A DNA stretch of 63,632 nucleotides, counting the filler, from Reticulomyxa filosa (Eukaryota; Protista; Foraminifera): the NCBI GenBank assembly GCA_000512085.1. It is 26 parts of 26 records of this genome, joined end to end, with 100 filler letters (N's around TTAATTAATTAA, not from the genome) between each part and the next. Parts side by side here need not be neighbours in the genome. Positions count along the whole stretch, not along the records: positions 30,149 to 38,406 come from ASPP01006324.1; positions 38,507 to 40,854 come from ASPP01020510.1; positions 40,955 to 42,224 come from ASPP01027376.1; positions 42,325 to 43,391 come from ASPP01010577.1; positions 43,492 to 44,777 come from ASPP01023706.1; positions 44,878 to 50,294 come from ASPP01048896.1; positions 50,395 to 51,770 come from ASPP01016613.1; 19 more parts are not named here. One strand, given 5' to 3'. The translations under genes and the position numbers were made by a program. This document shows, piece by piece, positions 36,450 to 50,509 of the stretch. How positions within the stretch are numbered: position 1 is the stretch's first letter; each line of letters opens with the position of its first letter. Under the pieces are notes generated by a model that saw only the letters and a program-made list of their open reading frames with translations, had not been told where the DNA came from and made no database searches.

Positions 36450-38506
36450 TCAATTGAGATGATGTGGTTATATTTGTAGTGGGAACGGGGAGTGAGTGGG
36501 AAAGGGACAATGGAGTGGAAGGGAAAGGGTAGATACAATTTTTTTTGGTTAGAACAGCAATTTATGTGAGGGATATTGGGAACCATCAAAACCAAAACAA
36601 ATCGAAACTATACACTAGGGATTATTCAACATGCAAATAAAGGAGGAAAACGTTTATCTTTTCTTGGCAATTTTTGTTATGTTGTTGTGAGAAGCAAAGT
36701 AAACTAAAATGTACAATATCTTGGCAAATGTACGCTTTTTGCTATCCATCTTTTTTCAGTGTTGACATTGTTACAATTCTTTTTTTGTTTTCAGCTATAA
36801 TTAATGCATTTGACAATGTCACTTTTTTTTTAATCTCCAAAAACTCAATCCATTTTACAAAAGCAGTATTGTACGTGCGATCTCCACTCCATTTTTACCT
36901 TTTTGAATTGTATATTTTTTATTAAATCTAAAATGCATTAACATGATCAATTCTACCTCTTTCTTTTGTATTCCCAATAAAAATATTTTAAACAACTGTC
37001 AAGTTAAAAATATATTGGTTAAAAAAAATTGCCAATTAAGATAATTCAAAATTTCAACGTTTTGATTTCGACAAGATGGGATAAGCAGTATATACTTTTT
37101 TTGTACTTTTACAAAAAGTTTCTTAATTGTTTGGGAAAAACCAAATTAAAAAGTTTATTTAAGCAAAAATGAACATTTTGTTTGTTAAGTTGTATGTATA
37201 CTTTTTCGGTCGCCTTTCTCGAACCATCTTCTAAATCGAATGCTTGACAAATTAGTAACGTTTTACGAGTAGAAAGAAAGACAGTCGTCACAGCACGATT
37301 ATCATTATCGCAATCATTATTGCATTAATCAATGAATCTTCGTACTAACTGGAAGAGCAATCTGATAGTGGAAAAGGTAATAAGATCAGGTAAGACACTA
37401 GTCACCAAGTACTTTTGGAACAATAAGTTACTAGAAACAGTTATTAGATGAAAAAGATATTGATTTTATTGTAATATCAAAACGCATGTAGATCATATAA
37501 TTGTACTAAATATAATTATAAATTCACGTTATAATGTTTATGGTCGTTGATCAAAAATTGGCCAATAATTAAATCCTTCATCTGACTGAAAAATCAGAAA
37601 ATAATGCGATTGCCGAACTATAAAGCTGTAAGTCCATACGCAAGCAAACATATAACACAACATGACACAATTACAACATCACTTTTTCAAGACAGAATGA
37701 CACAGTACCCAATTATATCTTGTGAAAACTATTCTGACATTGGCACTGATATCTATTCATTGACTACGTACATAATGAAATTTGACATGAAAAATGTTGA
37801 TATCGTACTAACAGCTGACAATAAGCAATATAATGTCAGCAATTTTCTATATGCCACAAGTTCGGTTCCGAATATACAATTAAATAGTGCATAAAGTGGT
37901 CATATTAAGACTACAACATTTTCATCATAGTTAGATTACACAAATAAAATACTGTACACATAGCAATATAACAGTATTAAGTTATACTAGATAATAATCA
38001 ACAATAGTATTTTGATAAACATTAGAATCATAAAAATTTTTAGCAATGTATTTGCTTCCAATATCAAGTGAACTATAAAATATAGTAATTATTACTAGTT
38101 AGACAAATCATTTAGCGAAGCTACATTGACACTAAGTTATATCACATATTGCAAATTTATTAATTAAAGAACTATTGCAGACACTAGAAAATTTCATATT
38201 TTAAAAAAAATATATACAAATCTTGTAGTTTTTAAATATGATATTTGTTTTTTAATAACTTTTTTGTTGGATGAAATCAACATTCTTTCAAATGATTTTT
38301 GAAAATTCTGCGGAATGAGTATCATTTGCACTTTTATTAAAATTAAGAAATTTTCAAATTTTTTTGTTTACATTTTAGAAATCTCCAAGTCACATAGATA
38401 CTTTTTNNNNNNNNNNNNNNNNNNNNNNNNNNNNNNNNNNNNNNNNNNNNTTAATTAATTAANNNNNNNNNNNNNNNNNNNNNNNNNNNNNNNNNNNNNN
38501 NNNNNN

Positions 38507-38852
38507 AGTAATAATAATAGCAACAGTAGTGTCCTCGATGTTCGAAGCATTCGCTTCCAAAGCAATGACCCCCCAAACAATATCATCAATGCCAATACTA
38601 AAAAAAACGTACCCTCGAATCACATCACGACAACCACGACCTCAACCACAGCCACAGCCACAGCCACAGCCACAGCCACAACAACAACGGCCAATCTGAT
38701 ATCTCATAACCGAAGTAGGACGTATCACTTTATTCCAGAAAGTTTTACATCTACGTATACTGAAGATGACGTATGGGTAGCAGTTACCCCAAAGCATTCG
38801 TCTCCGTCACCTTCACCCTCCTTTTCTAATGAGCGTCCACCGCAACAGCAGC

Positions 38853-38889
<37 letters not shown>

Positions 38890-40756
38890 GCCACATATTC
38901 GGTTTGTTACTAACAACAGCTCCTCGTCACAATTGCAAAGCCAAGATGTATTTTTAACAACAAATCACGAACGTGAACGTGGTCGTGGACGGGGACGAGT
39001 ACAAGGACAAGGACAAGGGCATCATGGACGAGGTTATAACCATGGCCATGGCCATAGTTATAGCCCAGGTGCTAGCCCTAGCTCTAGTCATGGTCATGGA
39101 CATGGACGTGGACGTGGGCGCGCTCGCCATGTTTCTTCAAAGTCCACCACGGTGCCTTTTCTCGACTCGACCGATCAAAACACGGCGCGGGGACGGAGAA
39201 ACGAAGTGAGAAGTCCATTCGTCAGACCGTCCAATGAAACACATCCGCGACATGCTCACAGTCGCAGCGTTGGGGGTCAAGATCCCTCCAACAAGTTCTC
39301 TTTCACTGACTTTGAGTTCTACAAGCCTCGCTTGAACGACCACGGTTCGCTTTTTTTTTTTTTTTAATATACGTATATGCATATACATATATATATATAC
39401 ATTTCATATATGTACACATTATATGATCTTTACTTATCCAATTGCGTGCGCTTTTGTTGAAAAGATTTTTATTATTATTATTATTTTCCGAGCTCTCAAA
39501 GATGGAGAAAAATATATGTGTACATATACATATATTAACTTACAATAAACAAAGGCTCAGGTGACAGTGAGGACGTGAATAGGACAGCGCAACGCGTGGG
39601 AGACGACAAGCCGAAGAGCAATTACAACACCTCGGAAAATGAGCCAAAAGAAGAGAAGGATTGGAGGTTCGACTTTGCGGCGTCGATTGCAATACCATCA
39701 AGTGTTGCACATGGACACACTTTGGGCATTGCTATCCCTTCTAATTCCAATTCCAATTCCAATTCCAATTCTAATGTCAATGCCAATGCTAATGCCAATG
39801 CTAACACCAATATCAATTCCGGTTCCAAATCGATTCCACTTGAATTAACACTGGGATCATTGGATCAAAGATCGCTTGTTGCTGTGCAATCTCCACCTTC
39901 ATCTCAAGTGCATGTTCCAATACAAACTCCAAAGCTATTGAAAAACAACACAAACCCATGGAAAAGCCCTGACAAACTTGTCCCTTGTAGTCACAACGGA
40001 TGGACTCCCAGCCAAGAGCGTGACGACAAGGAAGAGGACTTGCAATGGAGAACTCAAAGGCCAGTTTTGGAGTGGCCTCGCCTCACTCCGACGCATGCTA
40101 GCGTGCATAGTTCCTCCAGTTTTCCCGACTCCAGAAGGCAGTTGCCAGATTTGCTGACGGAGACAACCACGGTCATGACACACCATGCGCGTTCATTCCA
40201 GAAACACCATCGGACCCATGACATTGCCAATCCCAGTCCCAGTCCCGGTCCCGGTTCCAATACAAATACAAATGTAAATGCAAATGTAAATGCAAATGCA
40301 CATACAAATGGCAATGAATTACAAATGCAGCTTTCCCCTACACAAACTAATAAAATGCCGTTGTCGCTGTTGCAAATCACTGATGGCATTCGGAGTGATC
40401 CTCTCAAAGTACCCGAAGTGCTCACAATTCAAGTACTCACATTCATGTATTTGAAAGCTTATCATACAACGATGTTGTCTGCTGTGTTATCAAACTTTTT
40501 TCCCCCCCCCTCCCCTTTGACGTAAAAATAATCCTATTTTAATAAGGTGCAATGTATGTTTGTTTTTTTTTAATGAAGTTTGAAGACGAATGGAAAAAAG
40601 AGAGAGCTGAGCGCCGAGAAAGGACAGTTCGACATGAAACCTTTGTCACAAGTGTCAACATGGACACGAAGAATACGTCCAAGCCACGTCCCACGCATGT
40701 GCAATGGATCCATAATAACAAAAGAGAGTATGTCAAGAACTCGGCTACTCGCAAAG
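38507..40756 (+). CDS. Low-complexity disordered protein, internal exons
   Basis: In-phase introns 39345-39554 and 40433-40578; poly-Q, poly-T and alternating dipeptide tracts. Confidence 0.6.
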
Positions 40757-40809
40757 TTTTGTCTTTTTTTTTTTTTTTTTTGATTGGCTGATTGATTGGT
40801 TGTGTTTGA

Positions 40810-40852
<43 letters not shown>

Positions 40853-40954
40853 TTNNNNNNNNNNNNNNNNNNNNNNNNNNNNNNNNNNNNNNNNNNNNTT
40901 AATTAATTAANNNNNNNNNNNNNNNNNNNNNNNNNNNNNNNNNNNNNNNNNNNN

Positions 40955-40990
<36 letters not shown>

Positions 40991-41545
40991 TATCATCAGC
41001 AGCAGCAGCAACAGCAGCAGGAGTAGCGATGATGGCAACAACGACAACAATGGCAACGAATTTGGAAAAATTGGAAAAAGAATTGGAAAAAAGTAGGATT
41101 CGAGCGAAGAACTTGTCGGACATGTTGCAAGAATCGGTGAAAGAAAAGGAGCAGTTGCGACGAGAGCGGGACGAGTTATTGGTGAAATATGCGGACGCCA
41201 TGGAGCAAATCGCGCGAGTGAAGTCACAAGCGGAGAAGGACGCGGACCAATGGAAGGCGTCGCTGCAGCGCGTGCACGAAGAGCACGCGCTGAGCAAGAC
41301 GAGTGCCATGAAGGAGCTCACGGACATGTACGACAAAGAAATTGCCAACTTGAAGTCGCAGTTGCAAGTGCATAAAGATGAGGCCGGTCAGTCGCAATTC
41401 AAAATACAACAAGTCCAGCAATTGTGTGATCAAAAGTGTTACGCCATTATCGCCGAGAGAAACTCGTTGTTAAATAAGGTTAAGTCGTTGCAAAGCGATT
41501 TACAAAAGATGATTACTCATTCTACAAATATACCTTCTTCTGCAC

Positions 41546-41603
<58 letters not shown>

Positions 41604-42150
41604 TAATAATAATTCTTCAACACCTTCGACATTAATGTCTACAACCTCACCTTCTCCTGAAGAAACGGCATCACCTTCGACTTCACACTCCATACAACAC
41701 AATGAGAGTAGCCATCATGAACATAAACATCATCCTGAAAATAAACATCAAGATGTAATCCAACATCAACATAAACCTCCTCCTCCACCACCTCCGCCAC
41801 ACCATCCTAGTGGTGGTGCTTCTCATTCCTCCAACGACCTTTCGTCGACTCAGAAAATTCATGAACTTCGCAGAACAATCCTCGACTTGCAACGGCAACA
41901 CGAACTCGAAAAAAATCATTGGCTCACGGTTGTCAATCGTCTGTCCAGTGAACACAATGCTCAGTCACAGAAAGGCACTGACATACAACAGCTCGTCAAT
42001 AGCTTGTCCGCCACCATTTTGGAAAAAGAAGAAATCATTAAACGGCTGCAGGAGTCCAAACACTTTTTGGGTGAAAAGGTCTTACAGCTGGAACAACAAC
42101 TCCAATGTCTTGTGGCCACCAATCACAATTCTGATATTAAAAAAAAATGA
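40955..42150 (+). CDS. Coiled-coil protein with poly-Asn tract, 3' part
   Basis: 373-aa ORF open to the contig edge, with two heptad-rich segments. Confidence 0.7.
41548..41613 (+). repeat. (AAT)n microsatellite encoding poly-Asn
   Basis: Read directly from the sequence. Confidence 0.95.
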
Positions 42151-42186
42151 TTCCAACATATTTGGCAATGTCTCAATTTGGATATT

Positions 42187-42224
<38 letters not shown>

Positions 42225-44018
42225 NNNNNNNNNNNNNNNNNNNNNNNNNNNNNNNNNNNNNNNNNNNNTTAATTAATTAANNNNNNNNNNNNNNNNNNNN
42301 NNNNNNNNNNNNNNNNNNNNNNNNTTGTTTTAAATTGCTCAAAAGAGCGAAAACCTTCGTATTACAGTGTGCACACCTCTTTCGCAGCAGGAAAACCCAC
42401 AATGGTACTCGTAAAATGACAAATCACAAAGACAATACCTCATATATCACAGAGACTAAATAAATGTTTGTATTTCTTTAAACTAGATATTTTCAAAGGA
42501 AAATGGAAAACTAACATCAAGGATTGCATACTGTATAATCACAATTATGAAAAATCTTTGCGGCTTTTCGATGCTAGTTGTCAGTTGAAATCATAGTAAC
42601 TATGTTTAACGTACTTTGACACAATTGAAATTAAAAAATCAGTATTACATTTTTCAAATCTATGACCAACTAAGAATTAAGCGTTTGTAATGTCACACAA
42701 GTTATATTGTTGAAATCGCATTTACTTGAATTTAATGTGGGAATGCTAACTGTAACACGAAAACATTGCTCTCTGGGCGAATTTTAAATAAAAGCAGCTA
42801 ATTAAGTTAAGCATAGAAATCACAACAAAACAGAAGAGTGTTTTGGGGAAAAGGGATTCCAAGATTCACTTGAACCTTGACATCAAATAGTAGAGTCTTA
42901 CTCTACATTACGGTGTCAGTTTGTTGATTGATGTTATTTTGCCTAATACAAATACCGATTGTGTCATTTGCTTGTGTTTTCATTCGGAATTTTTTTGTTT
43001 CTACGAAATTTCTGCAGTATTTTCTGTCACTTTTTCCAAACGGAATTCTCCAAAATATAGATTGTTCTGGTTCATAGTGTCTGAGGCTAGTTACTAAACT
43101 AATTCTACTGTTGGATAGTAATGGACACAAAGTTTTACTAACCTATTTGCTGTCCAAACAAATGTTGAAAAAAATTAAACAAAAATAAAGATGATCTTGT
43201 TTGTCTTTTATTGTGAGAAACGGTTAGCGAGTAAGTTAAAAGAATTATGAAATAATCAAAAAAAAAAAATGGAAAGTAAAATAAACTAGAACATTAGAAT
43301 GTATTTGCAATCTACTCTCAAACAAGCAAAGGCCACACAATCATATCACAGTTGACTTTTTTTTTAGTCTTGAACCTTTTTTTTTTTTTTTNNNNNNNNN
43401 NNNNNNNNNNNNNNNNNNNNNNNNNNNNNNNNNNNTTAATTAATTAANNNNNNNNNNNNNNNNNNNNNNNNNNNNNNNNNNNNNNNNNNNNAAAAAAATG
43501 AAGAGCAAGAAGAGTGAAAGAGTTGAAAGAAGTAAAAATTTAGAAAAAAAGAATTCTATTTCTCTGGGTTTCGCTGTTGCCAGAGCAATTTGTGCTATAC
43601 TGTTGATCTTGCTTGTTTCATGGAAAAACACCCTTATTTATTCTTTTTGATTGAATTTACTTGCTCAGAGAGCAATATCTTTTCGTATTACACTTTGTGC
43701 CAGTCAGCAATCTTCTGCAATATTTTTACTTTAACAAAATTATATTTGGTGTGTGTATTGTGTTCATTATTTTGGCCACAATTGTACCCAGCAACCAAAA
43801 AGACTCAAAACGTATGGCAAAAATGTTCGAGTCAATGTAAGCCCAAACTGAAAGCAGAAAATTTTAATTGATCCAACAATTTGATGTGTTTTTTAAAAAA
43901 GTAAATCTAAAACTGTGTTCAGAAAAAAAAAAGTAGAAGACTACAACTTCTAGTAAATTGTCTTGTCTGTTTTCAAGGAAAAGAAAAACTTAAAAATATT
44001 GAGAAAAAAAGGAATAAT

Positions 44019-44320
44019 TTAGAAAAGACGCACAGACGTATTCATCGGACGCACGTATTGCTGGTCCACAGGTCCGTCGTTCTTCTTATGCGTGTTGTAT
44101 TCCTCTTCGTTGTCATACACTTCATTGTCGATGTCGAACTCGATTTCCTTCGAAATCTTATTGTTCTTCTCAATCTTTATCAGCATGTTCGAATGCAACG
44201 ACGGAGTTTTATGCACCGCTGACATACTCCCAAGATTCATTACACGACGCACGCTTTGAGGAGTGTACAATCCATTGTGTGCATTTTTGTCTTTTTTCGG
44301 TTGATGATTGTCACTTTTTT
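44019..44320 (-). CDS. Terminal exon of a hypothetical protein
   Basis: GC-richer coding-like segment downstream of an A-rich acceptor. Confidence 0.4.
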
Positions 44321-44877
44321 TTTTTTTGCACGTATGATTTGAAAGATAGATAAAAGAGGATGCATAAATTAGGGGAAAGAAAAAAAAGTGCAATATACCC
44401 CTCCTTTCGTTAAGAATTCAACAACAACAACAAAAAGAGGAAATGAAAAGACCAGCTCAGATTTATGTGGAGTTGAAGTAGGACTTCTTTCAAATACTTT
44501 GTTTTACCTTCCTATGGGAGCCCAAAGACGTCTAGTTTTTTTTTTTTTTTTTTAACATATATAAAAAAAAAAAAAAATTTGCAACGTTATAAATAAGTTT
44601 CAGCTGCCTAAAATGCAAGTTTTTTTAAAATCCTGTCTTTTCATCCACTGCCACCCTCTCCTGTCTCAAACCTGCCGGGCTTTAAAAACCAATGATGACT
44701 TTGGAAGACAATTGAGTCTGCACGACCGGCAATCCGCCACTCTCTACTCTTTCTTTCACTTCTGTATTTTCAACTTCNNNNNNNNNNNNNNNNNNNNNNN
44801 NNNNNNNNNNNNNNNNNNNNNTTAATTAATTAANNNNNNNNNNNNNNNNNNNNNNNNNNNNNNNNNNNNNNNNNNNN

Positions 44878-45051
44878 ATTCGATCAAATAAAAATGAATT
44901 GTATATGATCAAAGGAGATGAGAAAAAAGATGTTGGAATACGGTGCCTTAAATTTATTGTATTAAAGAAGAAAGAGAATACAAAGAATGTTACATATGAT
45001 TTGAATTTGTGTTATGGTTCACGTAAAGGTCTCATTCGTATTTGGGGATAA
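44878..45051 (+). CDS. WD40-repeat family protein, extreme C-terminus
   Basis: IRSNKNELYMIKGDEKKDVGIRCLKF...DLNLCYGSRKGLIRIWG*, very similar to the 9128 copy. Confidence 0.9.
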   Translation: MRSNKNELYMIKGDEKKDVGIRCLKFIVLKKKENTKNVTYDLNLCYGSRKGLIRIWG

Positions 45052-46321
45052 TTTATTTTTTTGTCGAATAAGAAATGAAAGTGTTTTGTTTTTTTTTAAA
45101 AAGTTTGATTAAAAGAAAAGTAAAGTGATATTGGACTTGTTGAATTTGATTGAGCGCAAGCAGAAAGATTTGTTTTGTCTTACTTTGTTGTTTAAAAAAT
45201 TGAAAAGCATAATTAATGAAAATTATATTCAAATATCAAAATAAATTTCAAGATATTTTAAATATTGTGTTTTCTTCATTGCAAATCACTATTAGATAAA
45301 GAGATCCTTCAATATTTTAGGAATGGTTCATCTTAAAATAACTCTCTTTCTAAGCTGTAGCTATATACAAAGCGAATATATCCTTTGTGATATGCTTTTA
45401 CACCACTTGGGCATGTAAAATAAAAAATAAAAAAAACATTATTTTAAACAATAATTTGAGAACAAACAAGTTCAATCTGGTGGGCAATTGATTGTTTCTG
45501 ATATGATTACATTTAATACAATGATCAAAGAAACGGTATCATTGCTTATTTATATCTTCATGTTGCAAATTAAATAAATATAATGATTGATTTGTTCCTT
45601 ATATATTGAATTGCAACACCCAATTTCTCATCACTTTCAATGCTTAGAAACTTGTCAAGTATGTGGGATTTGGAAACAATCATCGTCACTCGAGCTTCTC
45701 TAACTTAACAAAATCGTACGCACGTTGAATAATGATGAAACAAGAAAAATGATAAAAATAAAAGACAAAGTTATTATTATCTAAAACATCCTGATTTTCA
45801 AAAAACAATAAAAATGTGTACGTAATAAAAAATCAAAAAGTGTTCATGAATTTTTGTCTGATTTAATTGACAATCATTATTTAAAAAAGAATAGAAATTT
45901 CTTGTTACATATTTTTCTTTTGTCCATACAAAAATGAGTAATCAAATATATTTATTACTCGTAAGTTTATTTATTTAGCGTATTCTTTTAACAAAATATG
46001 TATATTAAAACACCATATTCATTACATTGCTCCCATATCTTTAAAACAATCTCTTCAGCTATTTTGAGAAATGTTTGTTTAAGTTTTGTAAACATGATAA
46101 AGTAGACCTTTTTTAAATGTAAAAGTTTATAGTATTAAAAACATTCTAAACTTTGAAAATAGTCTTATTAATTATAATCATGAAATTGTGTGATACAAAT
46201 CATAATTTTGTTTTCCTAGACAAATCGTACACTTTTCTTTAGTTTAAGGATTACTTTTTTTCATGTACTTTCCCCTTTTAACAAAATCTAAACTACTTCA
46301 TAGTTCCTCAACAGTAGCAAC

Positions 46322-47530
46322 ATGAGTAACCAAACCTTTCAATTTTTAAAGGAGTTGCCCACTCCACTTAGTAATCCTCCATGTGTACTGTACAAAGACG
46401 AACTCCTCATTTGTGGAGGTGACCGTCAAAGAACTTGTTATTCTTATCATACAATCAAAAACGAATACAAGTTTATCTGTGAATATCCAAGTAATGTTAA
46501 ATTAGCGGGACATTGTGTAGTAAAACTAGTAAATAACAACAACAATGAAAAAAATCAGATCACTTTGTTGTCTTTTGGATCTTATTGGCCTGGAGAAAAT
46601 AAACATACATTGGTGATGAAATATGTAAGTGTTTGGAGTAATACAATAAATATATCAAATGAATTAAATAATTATAATCAATGGATTCCTTTTACAGACA
46701 ATCAAAATCATCCAATTATCATTGGAAAAGATGAAAATCACGATTATGAAGGAGTGCGTGCAGTAATTGGTGGAAGCAACAATCATTTGTTATTTATCAC
46801 TTGTTGGGAAACTAATATTAGTGTATTTGATTTAAATATGTTTCAATTTATTAAACATGATACTTTACCAATTAAGTATTGTATTCGTTATCATTGCTTT
46901 ATATCAAATTCAGAAAATGTGCAAGGACAAGGAATGATGAAAACAAATAAACAACATTATCAAATGCTGTTATTTGGTTTCCTAGCAGGACTATCCATTG
47001 AATATGATGAAGATAACAATTCTTTTGAATTTCATCAATTGCCTCTTTATGATGCTATTTCATCATTTAATTGTTATGCATATATATGCACAAATGATAT
47101 TATTTTGTTCTTTGGTGGATTGTTTAGTGATATTTTTGATCATATTATCTCAGAATCGGTGCACAAGTATTCAATTAAAGAAAACAAATGGATAACATTT
47201 AAAAACGTTTTACCCATTCCATCGTATTATTGTGTTGCAATATTGGATGAAGAAGATAATGATATACATATCATTGGAGGAAAAGATGATAGCGATACAG
47301 TAGTATCAACCTACATGAAGACTAAAATGCGTGAATGGGATCCTTCACAGTTGGTAACGATTTGTTTATTTATTTTGATAAAATATAAATTAATTATATG
47401 AAAAAAAATAAAAAATGGACAGTCAAAAAATGAAATGAAATGTATTATTCAATATTTGATCCGAAATTTAAAGATAAAAATAGGATGGATTGATGATTTT
47501 GACAAAATTATTATAAAATACAGTAGATGA
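46322..47530 (+). CDS. Kelch-like beta-propeller protein with a short C-terminal helical box (two exons)
   Basis: LLICGG, AVIGG, ILFFGG...KYS....W and IHIIGG repeats. Intron 47354-47422 adds SKNEMKCIIQYLIRNLKIKIGWIDDFDKIIIKYSR*. Confidence 0.88.
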
Positions 47531-48247
47531 AATAAATTGGGGAAGAAGCAAAATTAATATTAAACATACTATCTTAAATATGGTTTTGATTTCATAATTA
47601 TGAAATTTCTTAAGTATTTTCAAATATATAAAATTATTGAATAAATAATTTTCTTATCATAAATAAATCTTTAACCAAAGATTTTAATACAGTAGTTTGC
47701 AAAAAAACCTTACAACCCAAAAAAAAGGGGGCTTTTTTAGTATTTGACTTATATATCTTTATTGAAAAGAGCTAAAGTAAAAATAATTTTGTAAATACAT
47801 AGAACAAATCACAAACTATCTTTCCTCTATGTTTTACTATCTTATCTCTTACATTTATTTGAATCAATAAAGTTTTTTTCTTCTTGTCATCCAACAGAAC
47901 ACATTTAAGTATTTTCTGAAAAATTTTGATTTTTTTTATGCGTTTGCAACATTTTAATGCTATTTGCAATTAGCAGTGTTTTTTTAAGATACTCAAACGC
48001 TGTGTAGCTTCTAATTCTGCTGATATTGATATTGTTTGTATTTACGCTATATGTTACTTTCAATAGCAATATTGTCGTCACTGTCTCCGGCCATACTTCA
48101 TTGAATAAAAGCAAATAGATATTTTGCTGGGAAAACAATATTCTTTTGGAAACAGATGTTTTCCAGTTTTCACAATGATTAAAGTTTTTTTAACTTTTGA
48201 AAGGTTTTACTCCAAAAAAAAAATTTAAACGAATTAATCGATAAAAG

Positions 48248-49901
48248 ATGGAAAAAAAAGGATCAGATGAGGAATCCGAAATGTTTGATGAAAATGTGCA
48301 AAAGACGGAAGAAAAAGAAGCAAATGAGGACCTAAAAAAGTTTGAGGAGGATTTGCAAAAGCTGAAAAGCAGTGAGAGTATGTTAGAGCGAGTGTACACA
48401 AAAACAAACGATCTTCTAAGCTACCTGTTGTCACAAAGCACGAAAGAAAAAAATGTGCAAGACAAGTGTGCATGGAGAGGCAAGGTATACGGAGCATTTA
48501 TTGGAGGTAGCATATTGACAGAATTATCAACGAAAGGGACGGACAATGTAAATTTATTTTTAGTGGCCGTGGCCTTCAAAACACGTGCCATTACAATCGA
48601 GTGTACGAATGGATCCAAGAAAAAGTGCAGCAAAAAAAAAAAGAAGAAACGAGAATGAAAAAATATTGCGTAATGTCGTACTCCAAAAATGCCAAAAAGT
48701 ATAGTCTGTCAATCCTTTGGGATAGCGTGCCAATAAAAATCGACATGCGTTTCACACACACAAGCGAGTGAACTTGTTGTCGTTCAATTGCAAAGGTTGG
48801 AGCACGCACGTATACAAGATAGAGCCGAAAACGGAGCTAGTCAATATATGCGACGACTTACTTTCGGAGTGTGACATTGAGAATGACTTTGGCGAAGATT
48901 CGAGCCACGCGATCAAAGAGATCCTAAAAGCCGTGCTATTGTGTCCCGAACTTTGGAGTGATCTCGCAAGAGTGTCACAATTGCATTGTATTTCTGAAAG
49001 GGTGGACTTCCTTTATTACTAAGCATCCCAAGCGCATTACTGAACTGATACGAACCGACAAGTGTCTGAACAGCTCTGCGTTCGAAGCACTTGCTTTGCA
49101 TTGCTTCTTCAAACTGCGTAAAAACAACAAGAGAATATGCACGTACTACGATATCATCAAAGAGGTGTTTTCTGTGCTCAACGATGTTTCCTGTCGCATT
49201 ACGATGCAAGGCAAATACCTTAACGACGACGATAATGATGACATGCAGTACCATGCAAGCTCCAACTTTGACCACTCCAATTCCAATCGATTTTCCTCGC
49301 ACTCCAATGTGTTCGACTCGTCATCATCGTTCCAGGAGGAGGGGGACGAGGAGATCGATCCCTTTGCATACTGCGAGGAGCATGTCCCATCCATCCCTCA
49401 CCGGCTTTACAAACATAAACTCAAGCTCGACGCTTTTTTCAAAAAGAGACGTGCACTGATCACTCAAAAGGCAAAAAAGCTTCACAATCGTGTATGGATT
49501 TGCGGGCTATTGGATTACAGTTCTATCAACCCTTCCAAACAAAACAAAAAAACACTCTTTTTAAAATCTATTGTTTTTTCATCTACTTCGGAGTGTACAA
49601 CAGCACCACTCCAAAGTGCCTGCGTATACTCGTCTTTTTTTTTTTTACTTTAAAAAAAAATATGATTTGGATAGGCAATTTGACCAATGATTTTAGTGAG
49701 TGGGAGGCACTGGCGAGTCATGCGATTGAATCAAAGGGGTATCTTATCAACCATCCCCTTGACATAATTGACGATATCGACATCATTATGGATAATCAGA
49801 TCGACAAAAAATGCATGACTATCCACTCTAAGGAGGAAGACAACAAAGAGTTTTATGACAATCATGGCGCCTTCCGTCTCTCCAAATACAAGAAGACATA
49901 A
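48248..49901 (+). CDS. Multi-exon hypothetical protein
   Basis: Consecutive coding-like ORFs at 48248, 48768, 48958 and 49494. No family recognised. Confidence 0.5.
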
Positions 49902-50394
49902 GGGAAAATTGCTTCCAATTTTTTTTTGGACTTAAAATCTCATTTCAAAGTAACAAGGTTTGTGATTGGTTGGCAAGTTTTGTTTGAAAAGTTATTCAAT
50001 GTAGTCTATCCTTTCCATTGCATTGAGTCATTGTAAATGTGTATTTGTATATTATTGACATGCTGTCTTTGGAAGATATGAAGCTCTTTAAGATTGTCCA
50101 AAGAAGGAAAGACGGGGATGAGAACAAAACGTCTTCCTCTTGTTTCATTTGTGATTTTTTTTTTTTGAAAAAAGGTTTCTGCTTGGATTTGTTGTTTGTG
50201 ATTGTGGTTAGTTACAAACTATTAATAATGTTACTTAAAATCTCCTAATAAAATTTTACAGACAAAACTCAGAATAAGAAAAGATGTCTTTTGANNNNNN
50301 NNNNNNNNNNNNNNNNNNNNNNNNNNNNNNNNNNNNNNTTAATTAATTAANNNNNNNNNNNNNNNNNNNNNNNNNNNNNNNNNNNNNNNNNNNN

Positions 50395-50509
50395 TTATAA
50401 TTTCCCAGAAAAGCACGTCGTCATCACCTTCAACATACATTGTGATTTCAGCGTCGAAAAATGCACTTCTTACATTTAGAGCATCATTTGAGTATTCTAA
50501 ATCAAACAT
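50395..50509 (-). CDS. DUF4435/TOPRIM-like protein N-terminus (AriB-like), truncated by the contig end
   Basis: MFDLEYSNDALNVRSAFFDAEITMYVEGDDDVLFWEII contains the TOPRIM VEG..D motif. The ATG overlaps the ATPase end by 8 nt and has GGAG upstream. Confidence 0.8.

Noticed and set aside
42325-43391. Possible genes in this contig and in 36600-38406
   Set aside because: Only short AT-rich ORFs with no recognisable motif.
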